The position numbers and the translations under genes are program-made. Shown here one piece after another: positions 7,870 to 15,961 of a stretch of DNA of 32,000 bases (position 1 is the stretch's first letter; every line of letters starts with the position of its first letter). This DNA comes from Candidatus Electronema aureum. Lineage in GTDB: Bacteria; Desulfobacterota; Desulfobulbia; Desulfobulbales; Desulfobulbaceae. The stretch covers positions 30,001-62,000 of the forward strand of contig NQJD01000004.1 in assembly GCA_004284765.1 (NCBI GenBank), read 5' to 3'. The notes beneath the pieces were generated by a model. The model was not told the origin of the DNA. It saw only the letters and a list, made by a program, of their open reading frames with translations, and made no database searches.

Positions 7870-10800
7870 TCATTCGTTCATCTCCACCGCAATACGCCCG
7901 GAGATCATACTGCGAATGAGTTCAACAGCCTCATCTTCTTTGAAGGGTTTCGTCATGAAACCGCGTGCACCGAGCTGGGATGCTTTTTCACGGTATTTGT
8001 CCGCGCTGCGAGAAGTAAGCATGACCACTGGAATATCTTGGAATTCTGGCTGACTTTGCAAGGCTTGTAGCACTTCAAAACCATTCATACGTGGCATTTC
8101 CACATCCAGCAGCACGAGGTCAGGTTTTTCTTCGCGGATACGCTCCAAGGCTTCAATACCGTTGCGAGCAATAGTCGGCTGCCAGCCATGCTGAAGGAGG
8201 AAGTTAGACACGACCTTACGCACGCTGATTGAGTCATCGACCACCAGCACTTGGATTGGCCTTTCCTCGGTTTGCGGTTGTACTTCTGTAACAAACTCTG
8301 TTTCAGCCGACGGCGCAGTCAATTGTGCCCATTTTTTCAATAAATCATCGATCTGAAGAATGGGAATCAAACTACCGTCACCCATAATGGTCACGCCCGC
8401 GATGCAGGCTACGTTGCTCAGATGACTGCCCAAATCTTTGAAAACGATATCGCGCTGGCCGATGATTTGTTCGCAGAGCAAAGCAGCCCGCCTGCTGCCA
8501 ACGTGGACGGCAAGTACAGCCAGCTCGCTTTCCGGCAGGGCCTCGCCTGAAACACCAACCTGAAAGCCGGGGATAGCCGCTGGATTGAGCAACGGCAACT
8601 TTTTGCCGTCAACCTCGCATTCGTTAGCAACTATGTCTTCGGGTCGCACTCTGGCTGCGCTACTGATGTCGTGCATCGGCACGGCGTAGGTTTGGCCAGC
8701 CAAGCGCACAAGTACCGCATGAAGCTGGGCCACAGCTACGGGTAGCCGGATGAGCAGCTCCAGCCCCTTACCTCTGGGCGAGAAAATTTCAATTGAACCG
8801 TTGAGCAGCTCGACCGAATCGCGCACTACGTCCATGCCCACGCCGCGACCCGCAATGCTGCTGATCGACCCGGCGCTGGAGAAGCCATGCCGAAAAATCA
8901 GCGTGGCTAACTTCTCATCGCTCATACTATCGATGCGCTCGTGAGGATAAAGCGTCATACCTTTAATGCGGATAGCTTCGTAATTCAAGCCCTTACCGTC
9001 GTCCTTGATCCGCAGAGAAAACTGACCGCCCCGTCGTTCGGCTTTAATCCGCACGGTCAGCTGTCGCTCCGAGCTACCACCGTGAGCTACTGAGTTGCGG
9101 AGGATGTGCATGAGCGCGTCGGCCATCGTGTCCCAGACGCGAGTGTCCATCATGATCGACTCGCCGTCAATAATCAGCTGGGCTGGATGGCCGGTGCTGC
9201 GTTCGGCCTCGCGCAGAGTGCGTTGCATCCGGGCGGAGAGCACAGAAAGCGGTGTCATCCGCAAGCCGATCATTTTATTCTGAATGTCCTTCAGAACCCG
9301 CGCCTGCCGCTCGACCGTTCTTTCCCAAGCGATGTTTTCCAACGCGCTCTGGGCCATGATTGAATCAAGGTCGCTGACCGCCTCGCTCAGAGAGCGAATA
9401 AGGATGTTCAGCTCAGAATAGCGATCCATCTCCAGCGGATCGAAGTCCTCAGTGAGGCTACCACTGTCGGTATCACTCATGCCGCGCAGATAGGGGATAG
9501 TTGCCAGCTCGTAGCCTGTTTCTAAGCTATGGTTGATGCTTTTCAGCCGTTGGAGAATCATACCCAGCTCATTGAGGGTACCAGACATGGCTGACATGGA
9601 TGCCTCAAAGCTGCTCAGGTTGATGACCATGTCGCCACTCAGACCAACCACTTGGTCAATCCGGCTGATATCGACGCGCAGCGTGTTGATTCTGCGCACT
9701 CCGGTATGTTGTTCTTGAACTGGAGGCGGTGGCGGTGGTGGCGCGGCAGGAGTAGGCTCTGTTACTGAAGCAATAGGTTCTGCTGAAACAGCAGGCAACG
9801 GCGCAGGTGCGGGTTCTTCGGCATCGATAACGGTAACAGGCTCGGCAGCAGCAACCTGCGGCTGTGTTTTTTCGCTTGCGATGATTTTACGAAATCGCTC
9901 TACTACCGCTTCCTTTTTTTCAGTCACCGGCACCGCAGGATTTTCAGTGATACGCACCAGCAGATCGGCACCTTCCTGCATGGCCGCTACATCTTCTGAG
10001 TGCAAAACCGGCGATTCATCATGGAGCCAGTCAAGGAAGTCCTCAAACTCATGTCCCCACGCCGCCACCGGTTCAATGCCGATTACCGCTGCCGCGCCTT
10101 TCAGCGTATGCACCGAACGGCGGAGTGAATGCAAATTCTCCCGCAGCGGCTCTGAGAGCGCGGTCTCATCGTCCACGCCAGCGGCCAGCTCTTTCAGCTG
10201 TTGGTCGATGTTTTCTAAATGCTCCGCTGCTTCCTCGTTGAAGCATTGCATCAACTCAGGATCAATGGCCTGAATTGTATCCTCAGCTACAGGTTCCGTC
10301 ACCGAAGCTGAGGCAAACAGGCTATCATTATTGTCTTCAGCAGCGGGAAAAAACTCCTCATCACCTGCGGATACGTCATCGAGCTGCGGCTCAACGGCAA
10401 AAAGTTGCTCCTCAGCCGAATCAGCGGTGGGGAACAGTTCAAATTGCTCCGTTGCCCCAGTTTCGCACGGTTCTTCTTCCGCAAAAAAAACATCCACCGT
10501 TGCTGCGGAAGGCAGGTCAGCCGTTTCCGGCTGCGCAGCAAAGGCGGACGCAACTACAGGCGTGGCCATGATTTCCCGGAACCGAGTCACAGCGACTTGC
10601 TTATCTTGCTCCAGCGAAATGGTTGGTTGGTCGGCTATCCTCGCCAAAATATCCGCGCCTTCCTGCATGGCGGCCACGTCTGATGGGTGCAGCACCGGCG
10701 ATTCATCATGGAGCCAGTCAAGGAAGTCCTCGAATTCATGCCCCCAAGCGGCTACAGGCTTGATGCCAATCACCGCCGCCGCGCCTTTCAAAGTATGCAC

Positions 10801-12567
10801 GGAGCGGCGGAGTGAATGGAGATTTTCCCGCAGCGGTTCAGACAGCCGAGTTTCGCCGTCCACCCCAGCGGCCAGTTCCTTTAGCTGCTGGTCGATGTTC
10901 TCTAAATGCTCTGCCGTCTCTTCGCTGAAGCATTCCAGTAGCTCAGGATCAATGGCCTCATCTTCCTCTTCAGCCGACTCAGGAGCGGCGGCAAACAAGT
11001 CTTTGGCATCAGGCAGCTCATCAAAGAGCGAAGCCTCAGTCTCGTCGTTTGGCTCTTCAGCAAAAAAGTCGGCTTCACGTTCTTCAGCAGCACATACGTC
11101 CGCGACCGGCAGTTGCTCAGTCTGCGCCGCCATAATTTCCCGAAAGCGGAGGGCAGGAGACTGAACTTCCTGCTTTTCTGTTGTGGCTGGTGAAAAAACA
11201 ACGGAAATTGCATCTCCGTCGAAATTGGGAAAAAGACCTGTGCGGTTGCTTTCTTCAGAAGTGGAATCCGGCGGCGAGAACAACTCGTCAAACAGGTTTG
11301 TAGCTGAACTGTTGGCTTGTTCTTCAGCAAAAAGCTCGTCAGCAGGAAGGGAAATTTTCGGTTCTGCGCTGTCAGCGGGCGGAGCTGCCGCCTCTTCTTC
11401 AACAGTTTGAAACAAACCGCTGTCTTCCGCAGAAGCATCATCGGAGAACAACTCGTCAAAGAGGACTGCTGACGAGCTGACGTCCGTTTTTTCGGCAAAA
11501 AAATCTTCAACCTCAGAGGCAAAAGCCTGATCAACGGTTTCAGGCGGCGCAGCCTCCGGCTCAACTTCCGCCGCTGGCTCAAGTTCAGTCCCGCTTTCCT
11601 CCCTGATGACGCGGAATTGCTCTGCTGCTGCCCGCTGTTCCTCTGCAAAAACGCAGGTTGCGTCTTCAGCTAAAACTGCCAGCACGTCACGCCCGTCATG
11701 AACAGCGGCCAAGGCCTGCGGGTGCAAGACAGGAGCTTCATCATGCAGCCAATCGAGGAAATCCTCAAACTCGCGGCCCCACGCTGCCACTGGCTCAATG
11801 CCAATCACTGCCGCCGCGCCTTTCAAGGTATGCACAGAGCGACGTAACGAATGAAGACTCGCGCGCAGATCGTCGGAGAGCGGGGTTTTGTCGATAACAG
11901 AGGCAGTCAGCTGCTTGAGTTGCTGATCAATGTTATCCAGATGCTCGGTTGCCTCCTCGTTGAAGCAGGCCATCAGCTCAGGATCAATGGCGTATGCTAC
12001 TGGAACAGACGTTGTTCCCTCATGCTCTTCGAGATTTTCGTTAAGCAGGAAAACCTCTTCCACTTCCCCCTCGTTGACAGAGAGTAGTTGCTCAAGAATC
12101 CCGGCGATGGAATCTTCATCAGCACCGACTGGCGGCTCTTTTTCAGCAGGCGCATCGTCGCGTTCCGGCGGAAGATCACGGTGTTTTGCCTGAAAAGCGG
12201 CCAACGTTTCCTGATGCAACAGGGTACTACCGCCCTGTTTTTCCACGCTCCGTAAGGTGCAGAAAGCATCAATCCGCTGTATCGTATCGCTGAAAAGTGA
12301 AATCAGCTCATCGTCCATAATCAGCGCAGATTCAAGCACCTTGTCCATGACCTGTTCCAGCAGTCCACCGGTCTGGCTCAAATCATCAAAACCCACCATC
12401 GCGGCGGCACCCTTGATGGTATGAACCATACGATGTAGCTCGGCAGCGGCCTCGCTGTTGTCCCGGTCTTTTCTCAGTGTTTGCAGACAGCCGCGCATTA
12501 GGGGCAAATACCCTTCCACCTCGCTCAGGAATTCAGCTGCGATTTCATTGGCCGACGTATCGTCCAT
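7870..12567 (-). CDS. ChpA-like hybrid CheA histidine kinase: 4 x Hpt, dimerisation, HATPase, CheW-like and C-terminal receiver domains
   Basis: AAGGA lies 8 nt before ATG 12567. Hpt1 is LHRMVHTIKGAAAMVG. Three further Hpt domains carry LHSLRRSVHTLKGAAAVIGI. N-box HILRNSVAHGG, G1 IKDDGKGL, G2 GRGVGMDVV. The CheW-like P5 region is followed by a receiver (VLVVDDSISVRK...LLDVEMPRMNGF...TKPF). Confidence 0.95.
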   Translation of the reverse strand: MDDTSANEIAAEFLSEVEGYLPLMRGCLQTLRKDRDNSEAAAELHRMVHTIKGAAAMVGFDDLSQTGGLLEQVMDKVLESALIMDDELISLFSDTIQRIDAFCTLRSVEKQGGSTLLHQETLAAFQAKHRDLPPERDDAPAEKEPPVGADEDSIAGILEQLLSVNEGEVEEVFLLNENLEEHEGTTSVPVAYAIDPELMACFNEEATEHLDNIDQQLKQLTASVIDKTPLSDDLRASLHSLRRSVHTLKGAAAVIGIEPVAAWGREFEDFLDWLHDEAPVLHPQALAAVHDGRDVLAVLAEDATCVFAEEQRAAAEQFRVIREESGTELEPAAEVEPEAAPPETVDQAFASEVEDFFAEKTDVSSSAVLFDELFSDDASAEDSGLFQTVEEEAAAPPADSAEPKISLPADELFAEEQANSSATNLFDELFSPPDSTSEESNRTGLFPNFDGDAISVVFSPATTEKQEVQSPALRFREIMAAQTEQLPVADVCAAEEREADFFAEEPNDETEASLFDELPDAKDLFAAAPESAEEEDEAIDPELLECFSEETAEHLENIDQQLKELAAGVDGETRLSEPLRENLHSLRRSVHTLKGAAAVIGIKPVAAWGHEFEDFLDWLHDESPVLHPSDVAAMQEGADILARIADQPTISLEQDKQVAVTRFREIMATPVVASAFAAQPETADLPSAATVDVFFAEEEPCETGATEQFELFPTADSAEEQLFAVEPQLDDVSAGDEEFFPAAEDNNDSLFASASVTEPVAEDTIQAIDPELMQCFNEEAAEHLENIDQQLKELAAGVDDETALSEPLRENLHSLRRSVHTLKGAAAVIGIEPVAAWGHEFEDFLDWLHDESPVLHSEDVAAMQEGADLLVRITENPAVPVTEKKEAVVERFRKIIASEKTQPQVAAAEPVTVIDAEEPAPAPLPAVSAEPIASVTEPTPAAPPPPPPPVQEQHTGVRRINTLRVDISRIDQVVGLSGDMVINLSSFEASMSAMSGTLNELGMILQRLKSINHSLETGYELATIPYLRGMSDTDSGSLTEDFDPLEMDRYSELNILIRSLSEAVSDLDSIMAQSALENIAWERTVERQARVLKDIQNKMIGLRMTPLSVLSARMQRTLREAERSTGHPAQLIIDGESIMMDTRVWDTMADALMHILRNSVAHGGSSERQLTVRIKAERRGGQFSLRIKDDGKGLNYEAIRIKGMTLYPHERIDSMSDEKLATLIFRHGFSSAGSISSIAGRGVGMDVVRDSVELLNGSIEIFSPRGKGLELLIRLPVAVAQLHAVLVRLAGQTYAVPMHDISSAARVRPEDIVANECEVDGKKLPLLNPAAIPGFQVGVSGEALPESELAVLAVHVGSRRAALLCEQIIGQRDIVFKDLGSHLSNVACIAGVTIMGDGSLIPILQIDDLLKKWAQLTAPSAETEFVTEVQPQTEERPIQVLVVDDSISVRKVVSNFLLQHGWQPTIARNGIEALERIREEKPDLVLLDVEMPRMNGFEVLQALQSQPEFQDIPVVMLTSRSADKYREKASQLGARGFMTKPFKEDEAVELIRSMISGRIAVEMNE
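9966..10270 (-). repeat. Hpt module copy C (4th Hpt) of a three-copy in-frame tandem paralogue set
   Basis: It aligns by eye with 10653-10957 at a constant offset of 687 nt (229 codons). It encodes AIDPELMQCFNEEAAEHLENIDQQLKELAAGV...HTLKGAAAVIGIEPVAAWGHEFEDFLDWLHDESPVLH. Confidence 0.85.
10653..10957 (-). repeat. Hpt module copy B (3rd Hpt)
   Basis: Same unit as copy C. The protein sequence is almost identical to copy C across the Hpt core, while many third codon positions differ. Confidence 0.85.
11688..11992 (-). repeat. Hpt module copy A (2nd Hpt)
   Basis: Offset 1035 nt (345 codons) from copy B. It encodes AIDPELMACFNEEATEHLDNIDQQLKQL...HTLKGAAAVIGIEPVAAWGREFEDFLDWLHDEAPVLH. It is more diverged at nucleotide level than B is from C. 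Confidence 0.8.
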
Positions 12568-12599
12568 CTGCTTGTTCCTTCATGGGTTGAGGGCTGGCT

Positions 12600-13184
12600 T
12601 CATTGCAGCCTGATCGAAGAGAGCAGCTTGCTGCCGTCAAAAAGCTCCAGCTCGTGTTCGCCGTTTTCTGCTAAAAACAAAGCCGAGCCGCTGATAAAAT
12701 CAACTGGAACCGCTGCCGCGTCGAGGTGTTTCATCCCCTCTTTACGGTAAAGCAGACGAGTGCCGGTAATTTTATCGACTATGGCTGCTGTCTTCATGCC
12801 TTTTTCATGCAGAATGATGACCGTCCTGCCTTTTTTGGGAATTTTCTCGGTAATTTTGAACAAAACCGCAAGATTGGTGACAGAGACAATCTCACCCCGG
12901 AGATTCGTCACGCCTTCAGACCAACTTGGTAAAAAAGGCAAAGGCCGCACTGTTTCTAATTCACCGACCTCAATTACTAAAGACAGAGGCACAGCGAGAT
13001 GCTGCCCGGCCAGCGTGAAGCAAATGTGCCGACCGATTTCAGTCAGCGTTTGCGCTGAACCGGAATCATCTGTTAGCTGCTGCTCGCGGCGCAGTTCCTC
13101 AGCGATCTCCTGATCAATGCCAGACAGTAGCGCGGTTAAGACCACATCCGCGCTGCTGGTCTCTTGTTGGGCGGTCATGCCCAC
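12600..13184 (-). CDS. cheW: CheW coupling protein (PilI-like position)
   Basis: CheW pattern: HICFTLAGQHLAVPLSLVIEVGELETVRPLPFLPSWSEGVTNLRGEIVSVTNLAVLF. The start is either GTG 13184 or ATG 13178, 8-14 nt after the upstream stop. Confidence 0.85.
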   Translation of the reverse strand: MGMTAQQETSSADVVLTALLSGIDQEIAEELRREQQLTDDSGSAQTLTEIGRHICFTLAGQHLAVPLSLVIEVGELETVRPLPFLPSWSEGVTNLRGEIVSVTNLAVLFKITEKIPKKGRTVIILHEKGMKTAAIVDKITGTRLLYRKEGMKHLDAAAVPVDFISGSALFLAENGEHELELFDGSKLLSSIRLQ

Positions 13185-13192
13185 GGTCCGGC

Positions 13193-13558
13193 TCAGGCGA
13201 GTAGGCCGGTGACTGCTTTCAGCAGTTCAGCCGGGTCAAAAGGCTTGGTCAAATAAACCTCTGCACCCTGCTTCTTGCCCCAGAACTCATCGGATTTCTG
13301 ATTTTTACTGGTGAGCAGGATGATCGGGATGTTCTGAAGATCGGGCGTAGATTTGATCGTCCGGCACGCCTGAAAGCCGTTCATTTTTGGCATGACCACG
13401 TCTAAAATGATCAAATCAGGCTTTTCAGCAGCCGCCTTAGCCACGCCTTCTTCACCATCTATTGCGGTCACAACCGCATATTCTGGGCCGCTGAACACAT
13501 CAATGATCAGCTTCAATTCAGTGGGGCTGTCATCAACTATCAGCAATTTTTTAGCCAT
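13193..13558 (-). CDS. Single-domain response regulator, PilH/PixH-type CheY
   Basis: AGGA lies 6 nt before ATG 13558. Receiver motifs are LLIVDDSPTE and LIILDVVMPKMNGF. The tail LLTSKNQKSDEFWGKKQGAEVYLTKPF matches the SK-Q-x-D-x-FWG-x-KQGA-x-Y-x-TKPF signature I associate with PilH/PixH. Confidence 0.9.
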   Translation of the reverse strand: MAKKLLIVDDSPTELKLIIDVFSGPEYAVVTAIDGEEGVAKAAAEKPDLIILDVVMPKMNGFQACRTIKSTPDLQNIPIILLTSKNQKSDEFWGKKQGAEVYLTKPFDPAELLKAVTGLLA

Positions 13559-13621
13559 GTTCGTTCCTTTCTTTTCAACGTTAGAGGTTCAAAGTTTCAC
13601 GCACGAGATTTTTTCAACTTC

Positions 13622-15466
13622 TCAACTGACCGACGTTTCCGTTGATTTTGCCCCTTCAGGCGCATTTTTATCAAGGATACTGTTGACCACATTGATCAGC
13701 TCCGCTGGTTTGAAGGGTTTGGTCAGATAAGCACTGGCAGCGGAAAGATGGCCCTTCACCTTGTCGAGTATCCGATTTTTACTGGTCAGCATGACCACAG
13801 GAATATCCTTGGTCTCACCATTTTTCTTGAGAATCGACAGGAGTTTGTAGCCATCAATCTTGGGCAGCATGATGTCCAACAGTACCATGTCAGGCCGATC
13901 ATCGTTGAGCTTGCTCAGAGCCTCTACCCCGTCTACCGCCTCAATCACCCGGAAACCGCCGCTCTGAAGGGTCATCTTGATTACCTTGCGAGTGGTAGGG
14001 CTGTCTTCCACGACTAATACCGTTTTTTTATCGGTCTGATTGTCAATTACCTGTCTTTCTTTCTTGAACTGCTGCGCCGACGAAGTCGGCGTACTCCGTT
14101 CCTCTATTTTCTGGTTAGAGGCGATATAATCGACAATCTGTCCTACCTGCTCTGATACCTTTTGATAGCGGCTATCTACCTGAATGATCGGCATCAGCAG
14201 ATCAAAATAGGTCAGAGCCTTATCAAAATCGTTCAAATTGAGATACGCCGCGCCGGCATAGAAAAGAATCTTTGGATTCACTTCAGCAGCTAACACTTTT
14301 TCAAAACGTCCGGCAGCTTGGAGAATTAACCTCCGATCAACTGCATAAGGATCAATCTTGGCTAATGCCGAGGACTCAGTCAGCAAACTGGCCTTACAGC
14401 AAATGCAGGCCGGAGCTTGGTGTTCCAGCGGTGCGTAGCAAAAGGGACAGCGGATGATCTTGGCTTCGGCAGCTGCGCTGTTGAGTAGGCGAGCTTTCTC
14501 GACATCCTCTAAAATATCGGCATGTTCTGGTTCAAGCCGGTAGGCTTCTGCCAGCGCAGTCTTAATTTTTTTTGGCTCAGTCACCGCCCGCGACAGCCAA
14601 AGCCAGCCCAAAGCATTCTTGCGGTTTTCTTTAACAAAAGCCATCAGTGGCTTCTGCGCTTGGACGAATTCTAACCGCTCGCAGAGTCGGATACCCTCGT
14701 CGAGCAGTTTTTGCTGCTGTGGTTCCTCGCCGCCATCCTCTTCCTCACCGCACTGATGATCCTTCTGAATCATGGCATTGATGAGCAGGTTTTGATTGCT
14801 TTTATGCACCCGCCGGATGATATTTTTATCTAAAAGGCAACTGCTAACCTGCACGCCCTCCATACTTAAAAGTTTGAGCGCAGCTTCCTCGCCAACCAGC
14901 TTGCCGCAGATTGCATCGTAGATCGTACCTTGGACAAGGAACAGACTGCCCCGGAACTCCTTGCAGTTCTGCTCGATGCACTGATTCATGTCGTGGTGAT
15001 CGCTGCTTTTATGGACATCAAGGCGGCAGGTGGTGCCTTCTGTTTCCATCAGCTGGACAATACCCACCACCGAAAATTCGCCCAAATCGCTCTTTTTTTG
15101 CTGTGTTTTGAGGCCACGAAGAATCGCATCCGCCAGCTCCTGCGACATCACCGGCTTTTTGAACATCTGAAAAACCTTGCCAGACAGTCGTTCTTGGAGT
15201 TCAGGTAGCTCGTAGGAGGTGATAACGATGCAGGGAATCTCAGGATGTTTTTCGTAAATATGCGCGAGCAGCTGAAAGCCATCGCCACCAGGCATGACAA
15301 TGTCAGTAACGATTAAGGCAATGTCGTCATCACGTTCCAAGGCAGCCGCTGCATTTTTGATGTCAAAGGCATGAACGAGTTCAAAAATGCTGCTGTACTT
15401 ACTTAACGTGGAATTGATCAGCTCGTGAATGACATGATCATCATCGACCAACAGTACTTTCTTCAT
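13622..15466 (-). CDS. Dual-receiver regulator: REC - PATAN/DUF4388 - TPR-like/zinc-ribbon - PilG-like REC
   Basis: AAGGA abuts ATG 15472 and lies 6 nt before ATG 15466, so MKKVLLVDDD is the likely start. REC1: VLLVDDDHV...IVTDIVMPGGDGF. DUF4388-like: GEFSVVGIVQLMETEGTTCRLDV...GSLFLVQGTIYDAICGKLVGEEAALKLL. Zinc ribbon: CPFCYAPLEHQAPACICC. TPR-like: FYAGAAYLNLNDFDKALTYF. REC2: VLVVEDSPTT...LLDIMLPKIDGY...MLTSKNRILDKVKGHLSAASAYLTKPF. Confidence 0.85.
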   Translation of the reverse strand: MKKVLLVDDDHVIHELINSTLSKYSSIFELVHAFDIKNAAAALERDDDIALIVTDIVMPGGDGFQLLAHIYEKHPEIPCIVITSYELPELQERLSGKVFQMFKKPVMSQELADAILRGLKTQQKKSDLGEFSVVGIVQLMETEGTTCRLDVHKSSDHHDMNQCIEQNCKEFRGSLFLVQGTIYDAICGKLVGEEAALKLLSMEGVQVSSCLLDKNIIRRVHKSNQNLLINAMIQKDHQCGEEEDGGEEPQQQKLLDEGIRLCERLEFVQAQKPLMAFVKENRKNALGWLWLSRAVTEPKKIKTALAEAYRLEPEHADILEDVEKARLLNSAAAEAKIIRCPFCYAPLEHQAPACICCKASLLTESSALAKIDPYAVDRRLILQAAGRFEKVLAAEVNPKILFYAGAAYLNLNDFDKALTYFDLLMPIIQVDSRYQKVSEQVGQIVDYIASNQKIEERSTPTSSAQQFKKERQVIDNQTDKKTVLVVEDSPTTRKVIKMTLQSGGFRVIEAVDGVEALSKLNDDRPDMVLLDIMLPKIDGYKLLSILKKNGETKDIPVVMLTSKNRILDKVKGHLSAASAYLTKPFKPAELINVVNSILDKNAPEGAKSTETSVS

Positions 15467-15760
15467 GTGCATTCCTTACGCGTTGCCGCATCAGTCCGCA
15501 GATGCCGCTGTTCAAATCGGTTCAAAAAGTAAGCAAGAGAAAGTCCGCTCCGGAGGATTTTTTCAGTATATGCACAGGACAAAGGCAGGCGCATTTCCAA
15601 GCACAACAAGGAAATAGTTTGCGGGTAAAAAATTGCAGGGCAGACGCACATTTTTTCCTTCTGCTGCATAAAAGCGGAACCGGAATACAGGCCAGCGCAT
15701 TGTTTATGCAGAATAGCCCCGCTCTCCCCGTAGGAAGACCTCCGATCAGGAAATTTTTCC

Positions 15761-15790
15761 ATCTTAAATAGGTTGGGGTAGTTTTGTCAA
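15761..15790 (-). promoter_or_regulatory. Candidate sigma70-type promoter for the chemosensory operon
   Basis: On the minus strand: perfect -35 TTGACA (15790-15785), an 18-nt spacer, then TAAGAT (15766-15761). This would give a ~280-nt leader. Only sequence resemblance supports it. Confidence 0.2.
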
Positions 15791-15914
15791 AACAAATTCA
15801 TTCGGCGAACGATGGAATCTGCCGTTCTTCCCAAGAAATAGCAGGCAATCTACTCGAAAATACTGCTTTACTGCGAAATGATCGGCCCAATGCTTCTTTT
15901 ACCGGGTGACAGCA

Positions 15915-15951
15915 GGAAAAAACAATTCTTTGAGAATCATTCTCAAAGAAT
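15915..15951 (-). terminator. Rho-independent terminator after trpS, insulating it from the chemosensory operon
   Basis: Perfect 13-bp inverted repeat ATTCTTTGAGAAT (15925-15937) / ATTCTCAAAGAAT (15939-15951). On the minus strand it is followed by TTGTTTTTTCC. Confidence 0.75.
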
Positions 15952-15961
15952 GAGACGAATT

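Noticed and set aside
7492-8070. 192-aa plus-strand ORF spanning the junction between the kinase gene and the acidic CheW-like gene
   Set aside because: It is antisense to two well-supported CDSs, including the kinase's receiver domain. The translated sequence is of low complexity and has no motifs.
10331-11164. 277-aa plus-strand ORF (Ser/Ala-rich), and the 248-aa minus-strand ORF at 10902-11648, inside the kinase gene
   Set aside because: Both lie within the 1565-aa ChpA-like CDS. The plus-strand ORF is the antisense shadow of GAA/GAG/GCC-rich acidic linker codons, which read as Ser/Ala runs. The other is an out-of-frame reading of the same low-complexity DNA. Neither has an RBS or a recognisable domain.
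9966-11992. The three ~300-nt repeats considered as a CRISPR-like array, a mobile-element remnant or an assembly duplication
   Set aside because: The copies are in one reading frame at codon-multiple offsets and encode intact Hpt domains with conserved His. They differ mostly at synonymous sites, and the intervening spacers are coding linker sequence of unequal length. This does not behave like a repeat-spacer array, and there are no terminal inverted repeats or transposase.
15463-15762. 99-aa minus-strand ORF in the leader upstream of the chemosensory operon
   Set aside because: It has no Shine-Dalgarno and a Cys/Leu-rich sequence with no motif. It runs into and overlaps the regulator's start in another frame. 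It is more likely untranslated leader or promoter DNA.
15473-15961. Search for a sigma54 (TGGCAC-N5-TTGC) promoter upstream of the chemosensory operon
   Set aside because: Reading the minus strand, I found no GG/GC pair at the required spacing. The nearest look-alike, TGGCCTGTATTCCGG, has GG instead of GC at the -12 position.
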